Both the position numbers and the translations under genes were made by a program. Of a DNA stretch of 64,000 nucleotides, positions 10,296 through 20,446 are shown in pieces. This DNA is from an uncultured Bacilli bacterium. Its GTDB lineage: Bacteria > Bacillota_I > Bacilli_A > RFN20 > CAG-826. The notes beneath the pieces are model-generated. The model had not been told where the DNA came from. It saw only the letters and a list, made by a program, of their open reading frames with translations, and ran no database searches. How positions within the stretch are numbered: the first letter of the stretch is position 1; every line of letters starts with the position of its first letter. The stretch spans positions 775-64,774 of the forward strand of contig CALVLC010000047.1 of the NCBI GenBank assembly GCA_944336335.1. Direction: 5' to 3'.

Positions 10296-11853
10296 GAAAA
10301 AAATACTCCCTATTTTAACTTTTTCAGTTTTAGGAATGCTTTCGATTGCTTCTTGTGAAGGTGAAAGTTTACCAGATATTCCTTTTGAGACGCCTTATAC
10401 TCAAACAGCCAACATTACAATTTCAAATAGTGGAATTTCTGAAGATAAAGTTTTTGCACCTGAAGAAGTTGAAATGACTTATGATATGGCTAGTTTTGAA
10501 AAAGATGCGTATTACAACACACAAGTGATGCCTTCAACCGGTGAAGTCAATGTTTTAGTTTTACCAATTCTTGTTCCTGAATATGATGAAATTGATATTA
10601 ATAATGATAAAGTTGACGATAAAGCAAAAGTAAAAGAAGACATTGAAGCAATTTTCTTTGGTGATCCAGATGAAGATGAAAGATTAAAATTCGGCAGCGT
10701 AGCTTCTTTTTATGAAGAATCAAGTTGTGGTAAACTTCATCTTTCTGGTACTGTAGCGGATTGGTTTAATGTTGAAGAAGAACTTGGTTATACTAAAGCA
10801 ACTGAAATTACTAGCGATGTTACAACCGAAATCATGGAAGCTGCACTTGCGGATTATAGAAAAAGTCAAAGCGATAATTTAAAATCTTTTGATAGCGACG
10901 AAGATGGTTTTATTGATGGAGTTTGGTTAGTTTATAGTGCACCCGATTATACAAATGGTGGTCCAAATCTATCAGATAACAATTTCTGGGCGTATACTTC
11001 TTGGGCTAATCAAGATAGTGATGGTGATAAAGAAGAACCTGTCGCAAATGTTTATGGTTGGGCAAGTTATGATTTTATGTATGAAGGATATGAAACAAGT
11101 TCCCTTGATTCTCATACATTTATACATGAAACTGGTCACTTTTTAGGATTGCAAGATTATTATTCAACTGATGGAAATCCATCTTATTCACCCCTTGGTA
11201 AAGTTGATATGATGGATAATAATATCATTGATCATAACTCATTTACTAAAATGCTTTTAGGCTGGACTAAACCATATCTTGTTTACGGAAACGCAGAAAT
11301 TAATTTAAAATCAATGCAAAACGAGAACGCTTGTATTGTTTTACAAAATGATGATGCCGAAGTTACAAATAAATTTAATCCATTTAGCGAATATATTTTG
11401 ATTGAATTTTATACAAATGAAGGGTTAAACGAAATCGATAGTTTTCAAAAATATGAAAACGTTTTAGCTCCTCAAAGTAAAGGCGTTAGAATTTATCACA
11501 TTGATAAGAGACTTTTCTCAGTTACTCTTGATAAAATAAATAATACTCAATCAATTGGTTTATATGATGGCACAAATTTAAACGATGGTTTAGTTGTACC
11601 AATTACAAATTCACGTGATTTAGATGTCTATAATCGTGTCTTTGGTTTAGATATTGACTACAATTTATTCGATGAAATTCGTTTAATTGAAGAAAATGGT
11701 AAAGATACATTCTCAAATGGTGGTTATCAAAGAATAAGTAGTTATTTTAGAGATGGTGATTCATTTTCGATGGATAGTCACGGTGCATTTTTTAGTGACA
11801 ACGCCTTAAACGATGGAAGTGAATTTTCATATACCGTAGGAGTTAAATTATGA
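10288..11853 (+). CDS. M6-family metalloprotease lipoprotein, tandem paralogue
   Basis: Lipobox LSIASC|E. HETGHFLGLQDYY (HExxH at 11125-11139). Collinear motifs match the upstream gene (VNVLVLPILVPE, FYEESSCGKLHLSGTVADWF, DSDEDGFIDGVWLVYS). The start overlaps the upstream stop by 8 nt. Confidence 0.8.
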   Translation: MLKKKILPILTFSVLGMLSIASCEGESLPDIPFETPYTQTANITISNSGISEDKVFAPEEVEMTYDMASFEKDAYYNTQVMPSTGEVNVLVLPILVPEYDEIDINNDKVDDKAKVKEDIEAIFFGDPDEDERLKFGSVASFYEESSCGKLHLSGTVADWFNVEEELGYTKATEITSDVTTEIMEAALADYRKSQSDNLKSFDSDEDGFIDGVWLVYSAPDYTNGGPNLSDNNFWAYTSWANQDSDGDKEEPVANVYGWASYDFMYEGYETSSLDSHTFIHETGHFLGLQDYYSTDGNPSYSPLGKVDMMDNNIIDHNSFTKMLLGWTKPYLVYGNAEINLKSMQNENACIVLQNDDAEVTNKFNPFSEYILIEFYTNEGLNEIDSFQKYENVLAPQSKGVRIYHIDKRLFSVTLDKINNTQSIGLYDGTNLNDGLVVPITNSRDLDVYNRVFGLDIDYNLFDEIRLIEENGKDTFSNGGYQRISSYFRDGDSFSMDSHGAFFSDNALNDGSEFSYTVGVKL

Positions 11854-13541
11854 GACGTAATAGTTTAATTTTAATTTCAGCTTCTTTGCTTTTGACTTTA
11901 GCTTCTTGCGGAGGAGAGGTAATTCCAGATGTCTCAGGAGATTTAGATTCACCAAGTTATGATGGTGGACTTGCTGGAGATGAAGCTAATGATATTTTCG
12001 ATGCAGAAAACGATAAAAATATTGAAGTTTTGCTTGAAAATGCCTTAGAAATAACCAAATATACTTATGAAGTAGATGTTAACGTAAATGGCATAACTGA
12101 AACCTATACTCAATATTACACTCCAAATGCTTGGTATACAGAAGGCGGAACTGACTCTGATTTTGGATACGCTCAAACAAATAAAGAAAAATATTTATTT
12201 AAGTATTATTTAAATGAAGAGGCTACTGAAGTTTACCCATCTATTTATGAATATAGTGGTTATTATAATAATGAAATAACAACAGGATTATATAGTCCAT
12301 TAACTATTGCTAATATTGGTCTTTTAAAGGGGACATTAGATACTTTAAGACAAGAAGGTTACCAATATCTTGGAGGAAATCGTTATGTTATTTTAGATAG
12401 TGCAACGATGTCGGTTTTCCAATTTATGTCTTCTTATGGATCATCGCTTTCTAATTACATTTCATCTTGTTATGTCCAAATTATTGATTTAGAAAGTTGT
12501 ATCTTTGAAACAACTTTAGATCTTGGAAGCTTTGGTGAAATTAAAGGAAGATTTACTCCTCAAGAAACAACTAAAATTGATTTTGTTAATGACGCTGTAA
12601 TTAACGATGGTCTCCAAGGAGTAAGGGAATTTTCTGAAGTTAGTGAAGTTTCAAATTTATTGAAAGAAAATAACTTTACCCTTCAAGGAATTAGATTGAT
12701 TGAACCAAGTGGCCTTACAAGTTCTTCAGAAACAACAATTTATTGTACAAACGATTACTTCCTTTATGATTATAAGAATAATGAGAAATATACTGATTTT
12801 GGTTTTGCTTTTATAAAGGCAAATACTGAGGTTCCGATTTATTATAAAAATGCTGAAACTGGTGAACTTAGTTCGACTCCTATAATGACAAAGTATGCTT
12901 ACGATGGCTGCTTTGAATTTGAAAGAGGAAATGATGGCATAATTCGCTTTGTTGAATTCATTGGGCCAATTGAAAATGAATCAACAAAATATGTTTATGT
13001 CGAAGAACTTCCAGCAACCGGAGAAAGTGGATATTTATATATTTGTGAAGATAAATTAACTGGTGTTCTAAATGTTTATGAATATGTTTTAGTTAATGGA
13101 AAATATCAATGGAACGTCTATTCCGAATGGTACGATTCTGTTGGTGATTTTTATGTTTATAACTATGGAGCGACTTTTTATCTAAGCAGCACAGCTTTTA
13201 CGGCTTTAGCCTCTTCTTTATTTGAACAACAAACTCCAGGAACGGCTAATCATAAATATTTTTCTTCTAATTTAGACATTATTTCAGCAATAACTAATGG
13301 CTTATTTGGTTGGGGTTTCCAGGAAACAACAACTTGGTTAGATTATATTACTAATTCTTATTTAGAAATTAATTACGGTACAAATAATGAAATTTCTTCA
13401 TTTGATTTAGGCGTTGGCGTTATGGCTTCAGTTGGCGGAGGAATGAGCGGTGAACAAAAAATTAGTTACAATTTCTCTAACTTTGGAACAACTACAGTTG
13501 AAGCAGTAGATAACATGTTATCTGAACTTTACGGAGAGTAA
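11850..13541 (+). CDS. Lipoprotein of unknown function (paralogue family member)
   Basis: Lipobox LTLASC|G and an ATGA start/stop overlap with the upstream gene. It shares the module YYTPNAWYTEGG...GYAQTNKEKYLFKY with the 13543 product and with the two decayed copies. Confidence 0.8.
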   Translation: MRRNSLILISASLLLTLASCGGEVIPDVSGDLDSPSYDGGLAGDEANDIFDAENDKNIEVLLENALEITKYTYEVDVNVNGITETYTQYYTPNAWYTEGGTDSDFGYAQTNKEKYLFKYYLNEEATEVYPSIYEYSGYYNNEITTGLYSPLTIANIGLLKGTLDTLRQEGYQYLGGNRYVILDSATMSVFQFMSSYGSSLSNYISSCYVQIIDLESCIFETTLDLGSFGEIKGRFTPQETTKIDFVNDAVINDGLQGVREFSEVSEVSNLLKENNFTLQGIRLIEPSGLTSSSETTIYCTNDYFLYDYKNNEKYTDFGFAFIKANTEVPIYYKNAETGELSSTPIMTKYAYDGCFEFERGNDGIIRFVEFIGPIENESTKYVYVEELPATGESGYLYICEDKLTGVLNVYEYVLVNGKYQWNVYSEWYDSVGDFYVYNYGATFYLSSTAFTALASSLFEQQTPGTANHKYFSSNLDIISAITNGLFGWGFQETTTWLDYITNSYLEINYGTNNEISSFDLGVGVMASVGGGMSGEQKISYNFSNFGTTTVEAVDNMLSELYGE

Positions 13542-13542
13542 T

Positions 13543-15564
13543 ATGAAGAAAAATATCATAGTTTTGCTTAGTTTTTCATTTATTTTAACAGGTTTAGCAT
13601 CATGTGGAAGTGATGTAATTATCGATGATAATCCTAACAATAACGTAACAACTCTTCCTGATCCAAAAGGTGCGCTTCAAGAGTTTTTTGCTTCTTTAAG
13701 AGGCAATAACTTTACAATTTCTTATACAGATAATTATGTAAATACTGGTTTAAGTAGAAATCAAACTACTTATTACACAGATTATTCTTTACAAAGTGAA
13801 GGTGACTTAGGATTTAATGGTTATGCTAAAAATGAAGAAGGTGTTTTTAGCTATAATTTAGTTGATGGCGAAGTTGTAAGTGGTATTCCAGTTATTGATT
13901 ATGATCATGGAACGATGGTTTATGATATCTATGATTATCGAGATGGAATGAATGATTTTGATTACACTTTTCTTCCTGAAGATTATGAGGTTGGTGCGAA
14001 ATTCACCTATGTTTTTAAGGAAAACACTAGAAATGATGAATTATTAATCTCAGTTTTCTTAAGAAAGAATTATAATCCAGATGCTTTACCAAAAAGTTTA
14101 ACAATGCAACTTGCAGCTAACACTTTACGTGTTGACAGCATTGGTCTTGAATATGAAGGTGGAGCTTATGACTCAACAAGTGTTTCAGTTTATAACGTTG
14201 GAACAACAGAAAATAGTGAAATTAAACAATATTTAGCTGATGGGAAGACATCAAAAGATCCATTAGATAAGAGATTTTTTGAACTTATTGCTCCATATTT
14301 AGAAAGCAATAACTATAAAACAACTCTTGATGCCCGTGGACTTAGAAGTGATAACGGTGGTTATGAAACTTTCTATGAAAATCAATATTTCTTAGAAGAC
14401 GCCATAATTTATGATACTGTGAGTAAAGGAACAGTAACTGGCGATTTACAAGCACCAGGCGTTGTTGTTAATTTTAAACTCGATGACATGAATGATGATG
14501 AACTTGAAATTACAGGTACACCATCAAATCAAGGCGATGGATTCTTTACAACATTATATGGTGAATATTTAACTTATATTCTTTCTTCAATGGGCTTTTC
14601 TAACTTTATTGGATATGTTGATGAAGAACATGAAGATTCTTATTACATTACTGATAGTCAAGCTCAAAGTATCTTGTCTTATATTTGTAAATTTGAAATT
14701 GATAGCACAACAAGAGCTTTAAATAGCTTAAGATTAGAGGTTGATGATTGGGAAACACATGCTTTTACCTTATATTTTGATGTTTATAATCCAACAACAT
14801 CTTTACAAAAAGGCATTTATAAAGCATCTTTTTCAGATGTTAACAAAGTTTCTTCAAAAGCAGTTGAACGTTACTTAAATATTGGCGAACGTGCTTTAAA
14901 TCAAGATAAATCTGAGCTTGAAAGTGTTTTAAACAAGTATAGAGAACATAATTATTCAATGGATGTTTTAACCGATGTTGGTCTTGCAAAAGTTTATTAC
15001 ACTAAAGATTATTACTTTATTCAAACTTATGGAGTTCCAAGTTCTAATGAAGGTTTCATTAAACAAGGTAATTCAATTTACGAATTCAATCTTTCATACA
15101 ATAGTTTAACCGGCAACATAAGTAGAATTAATATTTTAACAAATAAAGATTATGCACAAGCTGGAATGACTCTTCCAGGATGTGGCGAATATAATGGTCA
15201 TGGCGATACCGACTTATTCTATTTCAGTGCTTTTGATGATGTTATTTATGATTACGATAATTATACTCAAGGTTCAATTATGGGTCATAATTATTGGAAA
15301 AATAACGGGAAAACAAGTTCTGATATGATTTTTTCTCAAGCTGTTTTAAAATATTTTTATCCTAATGATACTAGTGGCGCCTTACCTCAAGGAGCTGGAT
15401 TTATGGTATCAGATAGTGATGACCCATACGATACAAGAGCAAGTTTATACCTAGCTTACTCAAGTAAAGATGGCTCTCAATACGGTGGTCAATATACAAC
15501 ATTTTATGATATTGGCGGAACAAGTTTTGAATACTTAGACAACTATATAAAAGAAAATAGTTAA
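13543..15564 (+). CDS. Lipoprotein of unknown function (paralogue family member)
   Basis: Lipobox TGLASC|G, starting 1 nt after the upstream stop. It carries the module YYTDYSLQSEGDLGFNGYAKNEEGVFSYNLVDGEVVSG. Confidence 0.8.
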   Translation: MKKNIIVLLSFSFILTGLASCGSDVIIDDNPNNNVTTLPDPKGALQEFFASLRGNNFTISYTDNYVNTGLSRNQTTYYTDYSLQSEGDLGFNGYAKNEEGVFSYNLVDGEVVSGIPVIDYDHGTMVYDIYDYRDGMNDFDYTFLPEDYEVGAKFTYVFKENTRNDELLISVFLRKNYNPDALPKSLTMQLAANTLRVDSIGLEYEGGAYDSTSVSVYNVGTTENSEIKQYLADGKTSKDPLDKRFFELIAPYLESNNYKTTLDARGLRSDNGGYETFYENQYFLEDAIIYDTVSKGTVTGDLQAPGVVVNFKLDDMNDDELEITGTPSNQGDGFFTTLYGEYLTYILSSMGFSNFIGYVDEEHEDSYYITDSQAQSILSYICKFEIDSTTRALNSLRLEVDDWETHAFTLYFDVYNPTTSLQKGIYKASFSDVNKVSSKAVERYLNIGERALNQDKSELESVLNKYREHNYSMDVLTDVGLAKVYYTKDYYFIQTYGVPSSNEGFIKQGNSIYEFNLSYNSLTGNISRINILTNKDYAQAGMTLPGCGEYNGHGDTDLFYFSAFDDVIYDYDNYTQGSIMGHNYWKNNGKTSSDMIFSQAVLKYFYPNDTSGALPQGAGFMVSDSDDPYDTRASLYLAYSSKDGSQYGGQYTTFYDIGGTSFEYLDNYIKENS

Positions 15565-15581
15565 GATTTGTGAGGTTTTTT

Positions 15582-18455
15582 ATGAAAAAACATTATTTAG
15601 CATTAACTCTCCTTGCTAGTACATTATTAATTGGGACAACCTTAACTTCTTGTGGTAGTGAAACACCTGAACCAGATACAACTGGTCCAACAAGCTTAGT
15701 TATCGGTGGTCCACTTAGTGTTAAAGTTGGTGAGAAAATTACTTTATCAGCTGACCTTGTCGGTAGTGAAGATGATGCTGTTAACTGGGAAAGTTTAGAT
15801 ACAACAATAGCAACTGTTGATGCTAGTGGCGTTGTCACTGGCTTAGAAGTTGGAAGAGTAAAAATTAAAGCAACTTCTAAAAATTTCCCTTCTTTTTCAG
15901 CAGAATATGAAATTAGTGTAACTGCTGAATATGCTCGTGGAATTTCAATTGTAGTTGAAGAAAATGAAGATATAACTTTTGAAGATGGAGTTTATAACAT
16001 CCCAGGTGGTGTAACTTTTAGAGTTAACTATAAATTAGATAGCACTACAGCAACTAAACCAGATTCAATTGCTTATTCTTTTGCTTATGCGAATGGAGAT
16101 CAAGCAACAAATTCCGATTGTGTTATTGAAAATCAAGCTGATGGATCTGCTCTCGTTACTTTCTATAAAACTTTTACAGGTGGCGTAATTACAGTCACTG
16201 CAAGTTATAAAGCTAGTATTGATGCAGCAATTAGAAATGCAATTAGTGTAAATTCATATGATAAGAATGAAGCTAATGTTACAAAATTAAATGAAATTAT
16301 TTCTTCTTTAACTGAAAAAGAAATTGGTTCATTAACTAGTGCAAAACATGTTTATAAAGAAGGCGATTCAATTACTGAAACAAGTGAATTTAGAGTTTAT
16401 AAAGATGCAACTTATAAAACTTTAACCCGTGTTGAAGGCGATCAAAGCAAAACAACAAAATCTTATTCAACTTTAGACGAAGAAACATCTTCTTTCTATT
16501 TATTTAGTTATGATGAAGATAAAAAGATTGAAGAAATGTATGCTAATGAAGAAGTCCTTTCTGCTAATTTAGAAAATTATCAAAACTTTGTTGCTCAACC
16601 TAACTTTATGGTCGATAGTGTTCCAACTTATGGTTTTACAACTTTAATTAATACTATTGCAACTGGTGGAACATATCGTAGTGAATATGCTTTTGGCGAT
16701 TTCTTGGCAAGAGGAAATGCAGTTTATACATTTACTGATACAAGTGTAAAAGTTGAAACAACTTATTTAGATGATGTTGATTATTTAAATCATGCACTTT
16801 TAGAACTTGATTATAATTCAGAATTTGAATTAACGAATTTCCATTATCTTTATGAACAAGGAAAAGATGAAGAATCTTTAACTAAAATTTTTGAAGAAAC
16901 TGGTAGTGATTTTGTTTATGGAGAAAAAGGAAACGACATCACTAAAGAGATCGATATTCAAGAATATTACATTCGTGATTTTGAAATTGAATATGTTGAT
17001 GGTTATGAAGACATTGCTAGTGATGGCACTGATGGAGCTCGTTACGATATTGAAAGTGAAACAGTTGATGAAAATGGAGTGAAAACTTTTACATTAACTT
17101 ACGATCGTACCTTACCTCTTAGAATTACTGATTTCGATCCATCAACAGGTTCAACTTTAATTGATATTGCAAGCGTAACGGTATCAAGTGAAGAGTCGGG
17201 TTCAAGAGATGTTGGTATTTATCGAGATGGTATTACCGTAATCAGTGCTCCTAAAAAAGAAGATGGAACATTCTTTAAAGTTGAAGAAACAGTTCAGATT
17301 GAAACAAGAGGTGGAGCAGTTAAAACCTGTAAAATTAACTGGAAAGAACCAGTTTTAAATGGAATTAATTTTGATTGCCCACTTGATCAAGAAGTCAATA
17401 CGTCTCATAAATTTAATGACATTAGAATTTATAAAGAAACAGAGTATTTCTGGTTAAATGCTGATCCAGATGATTCAATTTATGATTTCGATATGAAGAT
17501 TTTAAGTGGTGATGCTGATGGAATTGAACTTGTTTCACATGATGGAGATACTGATAAAGAAGTGCCTGAAGGAGCTTATACAATTAGAGCAAACAAAGTT
17601 GGAACATATACTTCCCATTTTTATGTTATTGGTCATGAAGATGTTCATACAGAAACATTTACATTAAATGTTCTTGAAGGAATTAGTGCTGAAACATATA
17701 AAACTAATTTAATTGGTAAAACATATGAATATAACAACGGCTCTGCAGACTTCAGTTTAAATTTTGCAAGTGAAACAAATATGGTATTAACTATGCCAAA
17801 ATACGTTGAACGTGCAGAAGGTTCTGAAGATGTTGGTGATGGCGAACAAGTTTCAGTAAATATTAAATATGAAATTGCTGATGGAAGAGTTACAGTTCTT
17901 ACTGATGGCGAAGATAAAGTTAATCAAATCTTCAATTCAAACGATTCATATTTAGAATCAATTTATGGCGGCGATCTTGAAATTAGTGAAGATTTCAAAA
18001 CAGTCGAACTTGAACTTAGAATGAGAAGCGATGCTAGAAACGATCCAACAAATTATAACTACAATGTCTATACATTCACACTTCCAAGTGATATGAGTTC
18101 ACTTGCTGGTAAGAGCTTTGCTTCTGGAAGTATCTTTGTTACTGGTCAAGCTATGAGTTCAGTAACATTAACATTTGAAGATGATAGCAAAGGTAACTTC
18201 AAACTTGTTAATAATGTTACTAAGTTTGAAATCGCTTCATTTACTTTTGACTATGTTGTTAATACAAATGATCCAATATTTGGAACAGCTGTTGAATTAA
18301 GCAATGTAACTTTAGTTAACGCTGGTGTTTCAGGAACAACTTTTGTTTCAGCGTCAATGTATGACGCGAATAACATCGACTTAAGATTTAAAATTCCATG
18401 TCAATACGGTTCTTTCGATTATACATTCAGGGTCGATCTTAGAAATCCTTTATAA
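15582..18455 (+). CDS. Big_2 (bacterial Ig-like group 2) domain surface lipoprotein
   Basis: I prefer the ATG at 15582 over the track GTG at 15570, because GAGG lies 7 nt upstream. Lipobox TLTSC|G. The Big_2 signature is LSVKVGEKITLSADLVGSEDDAVNWESLDTTIATVDASGVVTGLEVGRVKIKATS. Confidence 0.8.
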   Translation: MKKHYLALTLLASTLLIGTTLTSCGSETPEPDTTGPTSLVIGGPLSVKVGEKITLSADLVGSEDDAVNWESLDTTIATVDASGVVTGLEVGRVKIKATSKNFPSFSAEYEISVTAEYARGISIVVEENEDITFEDGVYNIPGGVTFRVNYKLDSTTATKPDSIAYSFAYANGDQATNSDCVIENQADGSALVTFYKTFTGGVITVTASYKASIDAAIRNAISVNSYDKNEANVTKLNEIISSLTEKEIGSLTSAKHVYKEGDSITETSEFRVYKDATYKTLTRVEGDQSKTTKSYSTLDEETSSFYLFSYDEDKKIEEMYANEEVLSANLENYQNFVAQPNFMVDSVPTYGFTTLINTIATGGTYRSEYAFGDFLARGNAVYTFTDTSVKVETTYLDDVDYLNHALLELDYNSEFELTNFHYLYEQGKDEESLTKIFEETGSDFVYGEKGNDITKEIDIQEYYIRDFEIEYVDGYEDIASDGTDGARYDIESETVDENGVKTFTLTYDRTLPLRITDFDPSTGSTLIDIASVTVSSEESGSRDVGIYRDGITVISAPKKEDGTFFKVEETVQIETRGGAVKTCKINWKEPVLNGINFDCPLDQEVNTSHKFNDIRIYKETEYFWLNADPDDSIYDFDMKILSGDADGIELVSHDGDTDKEVPEGAYTIRANKVGTYTSHFYVIGHEDVHTETFTLNVLEGISAETYKTNLIGKTYEYNNGSADFSLNFASETNMVLTMPKYVERAEGSEDVGDGEQVSVNIKYEIADGRVTVLTDGEDKVNQIFNSNDSYLESIYGGDLEISEDFKTVELELRMRSDARNDPTNYNYNVYTFTLPSDMSSLAGKSFASGSIFVTGQAMSSVTLTFEDDSKGNFKLVNNVTKFEIASFTFDYVVNTNDPIFGTAVELSNVTLVNAGVSGTTFVSASMYDANNIDLRFKIPCQYGSFDYTFRVDLRNPL

Positions 18456-18484
18456 TAAGAAAAGTGTTGCATTAAAACAAAAAA

Positions 18485-18508
18485 GGCTGCAAATCTGCAG
18501 TCTTTTTT
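18485..18508. terminator. Bidirectional terminator between convergent operons
   Basis: Stem GGCTGCA / TGCAGTC (one G.U pair) with a 4-nt loop. It is flanked by an A run upstream (18475-18484) and a T run downstream (18503-18508). Confidence 0.6.
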
Positions 18509-18526
18509 GCTAATTGTTGAATTAAA

Positions 18527-20446
18527 TTATCTCTTTCTATGTCTAAATTTAACGGAAATAATTATTATTATAGCAATAGCAACGAAAGCTGTTGAACCAA
18601 TAACTGACCAAAGAATTATTCCGTTCGAATTGTTTGGTTGTTCTAATTTTGGGATTTTTCTAGTTTGAATTACTTCGTGGCAAACAGAACAAACATAGCT
18701 TTCTAATCCTTCTTCATCGTAGGTAGGTTCTTTTGTAACTTGCCATGAACCACGATGTTCAATAAGTGGGATGGTTTCAGTTTCTTTTTCTCCACAAACT
18801 GAGCAAACTCTTTCTTTTATACCAGTTTCTGTACAAGTAGCTTCTTTTGTTACAGTCCATTCGCCATAACTGTGCTCAGTAGTTTTTTCAATTGGTCTAG
18901 TTTCAATAACTGTTCCACAATGATCACAAATTAAGCTTTCAACACCTTCATCTTTACATGTAGGTTCTTTTGTAACTTGCCATGAACCATGATGTTCAAT
19001 AAGTGGGATGGTTTCAGTTTCTTTTTCTCCACAAACTGAACAAACTCTTTCTTTTATACCAGTTTCTGTACAAGTGGCTTCTTCTGTTACAGTCCATTCG
19101 CCATAACTGTGAGATAAATTAGCAGCTTTTATAGCGTGACTTTGATTAATATCTTTCAACGGGTTGGTAGTTATATCTACTATATCTGAACCTATGATGT
19201 TAAGTTTAGTATCGAAATTTTCACAAGGTTTCGTAAATTTAAAATGAATAGTGAGAAGATTGCCGATTACACTGTCGTTGTTGAATTTTAATAACGACAA
19301 ATGTAAGTTTCCTGCTCCTGCCTTTGACTCGTTCAAATAACATATATCAAAAATTTCGCTTAGTGAACTAAATTCATGTGAAGAATAAGTTAAAAACTTG
19401 GCATCAAAATTTATATCAAAATCGCCAGCTGCTAGTTTTGAATTTTCTGGAATTTGTAGCGTAACGTCACATGTTTTATTTGTTTCATCTATCTTAATAG
19501 AAGAAGTGACGGAATCATCGCTTCCAATTAAATTGTCAAATTCAAAATTTATTAACGTACTAACAATTTCAGAAGAAAATTGATTATTATCTAAATCAAA
19601 TAAAGATGAAGGAGTAAGGGTAATAAAGCAAGAAGAAGTTAAATTTTCTTTTGCTTTCAAATTTATTGTTATTAAATCGTTAAAATTATTATTTTTGTCA
19701 TTAATAAAACTAAATGAAACTGAACCAGGATTACCTGTATTGATATCAAAAATGATACCATCTTGGTTTAAATAATTTCCTTTTTCATAAGACTCAAAGT
19801 CTAATAAATCCTTATCATATGAAAGCAACAATGTGCCGGCGTTCAATTTATTCAAGTCATAACTATTTATTTTGATTGATAAAATTTCATTTTGCTTAAG
19901 TGTAGTTTTATTTAAATCAAAATAAAATAATATTTTGTTAAGTTCTTGATTTTCGCTAATAAAAAAGGATAAATAATCTCCGTTAATGTTAAATACATTT
20001 AAACTTGAATCATAAGCTTCGACAACTTTTATATCAAAAAATGATTGAGTTAATGTCGTATCTGATTTAACAGTGAATGAAATAGAGATTAATCCTTGGC
20101 TTTGATCCAATTCTTCATTAAATAAATAAGAAGAATAGATTGTGTCAGCACCAATTTTAATATCTGACATAGCCTTGGAAGAATTATCACTAGCATTATC
20201 AATTTTAATTGCTTGACTGTCGTAATGAATTTCGAAAGTTATGGCAGAGAGGGCAAAAGCATTTTCCAAATCTATATAAAAAACTACTGATTCACCTTTT
20301 TTATAAGAATTTTTTAAATTATTCGTGAAATAAGCCGTTTGGCTTTCAGTTTGTTTGTTTAAAGAAGCATTAAAATTACTCCCACTAAGTGGGGTAGTGG
20401 GAGTAATGAGTAATGTAGCAACAAGAGATAGATAATTAAGCGACAT
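18527..20446 (-). CDS. Membrane-anchored scaffold protein with three cohesin-like modules, four Cys-rich repeats and a C-terminal TM anchor
   Basis: Three ~125-aa modules (about 19129-20314) carry cohesin-like signatures: FALSAITFEIHYDSQAIKIDN, LNAGTLLLSYDKDLLDFESYEKG...GSVSFSFIN, and LAAGDFDINFDAKFLTYSS...GNLHLSLLKF. Four units follow of the form W-x-V-T-x-E-x-T-C-x3-G-x5-C-x2-CG. The C-terminus is ILWSVIGSTAFVAIAIIIIISV followed by KFRHRKR. The ATG overlaps the S8 gene stop by 11 nt. Confidence 0.7.
   Translation of the reverse strand: MSLNYLSLVATLLITPTTPLSGSNFNASLNKQTESQTAYFTNNLKNSYKKGESVVFYIDLENAFALSAITFEIHYDSQAIKIDNASDNSSKAMSDIKIGADTIYSSYLFNEELDQSQGLISISFTVKSDTTLTQSFFDIKVVEAYDSSLNVFNINGDYLSFFISENQELNKILFYFDLNKTTLKQNEILSIKINSYDLNKLNAGTLLLSYDKDLLDFESYEKGNYLNQDGIIFDINTGNPGSVSFSFINDKNNNFNDLITINLKAKENLTSSCFITLTPSSLFDLDNNQFSSEIVSTLINFEFDNLIGSDDSVTSSIKIDETNKTCDVTLQIPENSKLAAGDFDINFDAKFLTYSSHEFSSLSEIFDICYLNESKAGAGNLHLSLLKFNNDSVIGNLLTIHFKFTKPCENFDTKLNIIGSDIVDITTNPLKDINQSHAIKAANLSHSYGEWTVTEEATCTETGIKERVCSVCGEKETETIPLIEHHGSWQVTKEPTCKDEGVESLICDHCGTVIETRPIEKTTEHSYGEWTVTKEATCTETGIKERVCSVCGEKETETIPLIEHRGSWQVTKEPTYDEEGLESYVCSVCHEVIQTRKIPKLEQPNNSNGIILWSVIGSTAFVAIAIIIIISVKFRHRKR
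18723..19111. repeat. Two near-identical 152-bp direct repeats (18723-18874 and 18960-19111), period 237 bp
   Basis: The copies align base for base with only a handful of mismatches and encode duplicated 79-aa Cys-rich units (HSYGEWTVT(E/K)EATCTETGIKERVCSVCGEKETETIPLIEH...). Confidence 0.85.
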
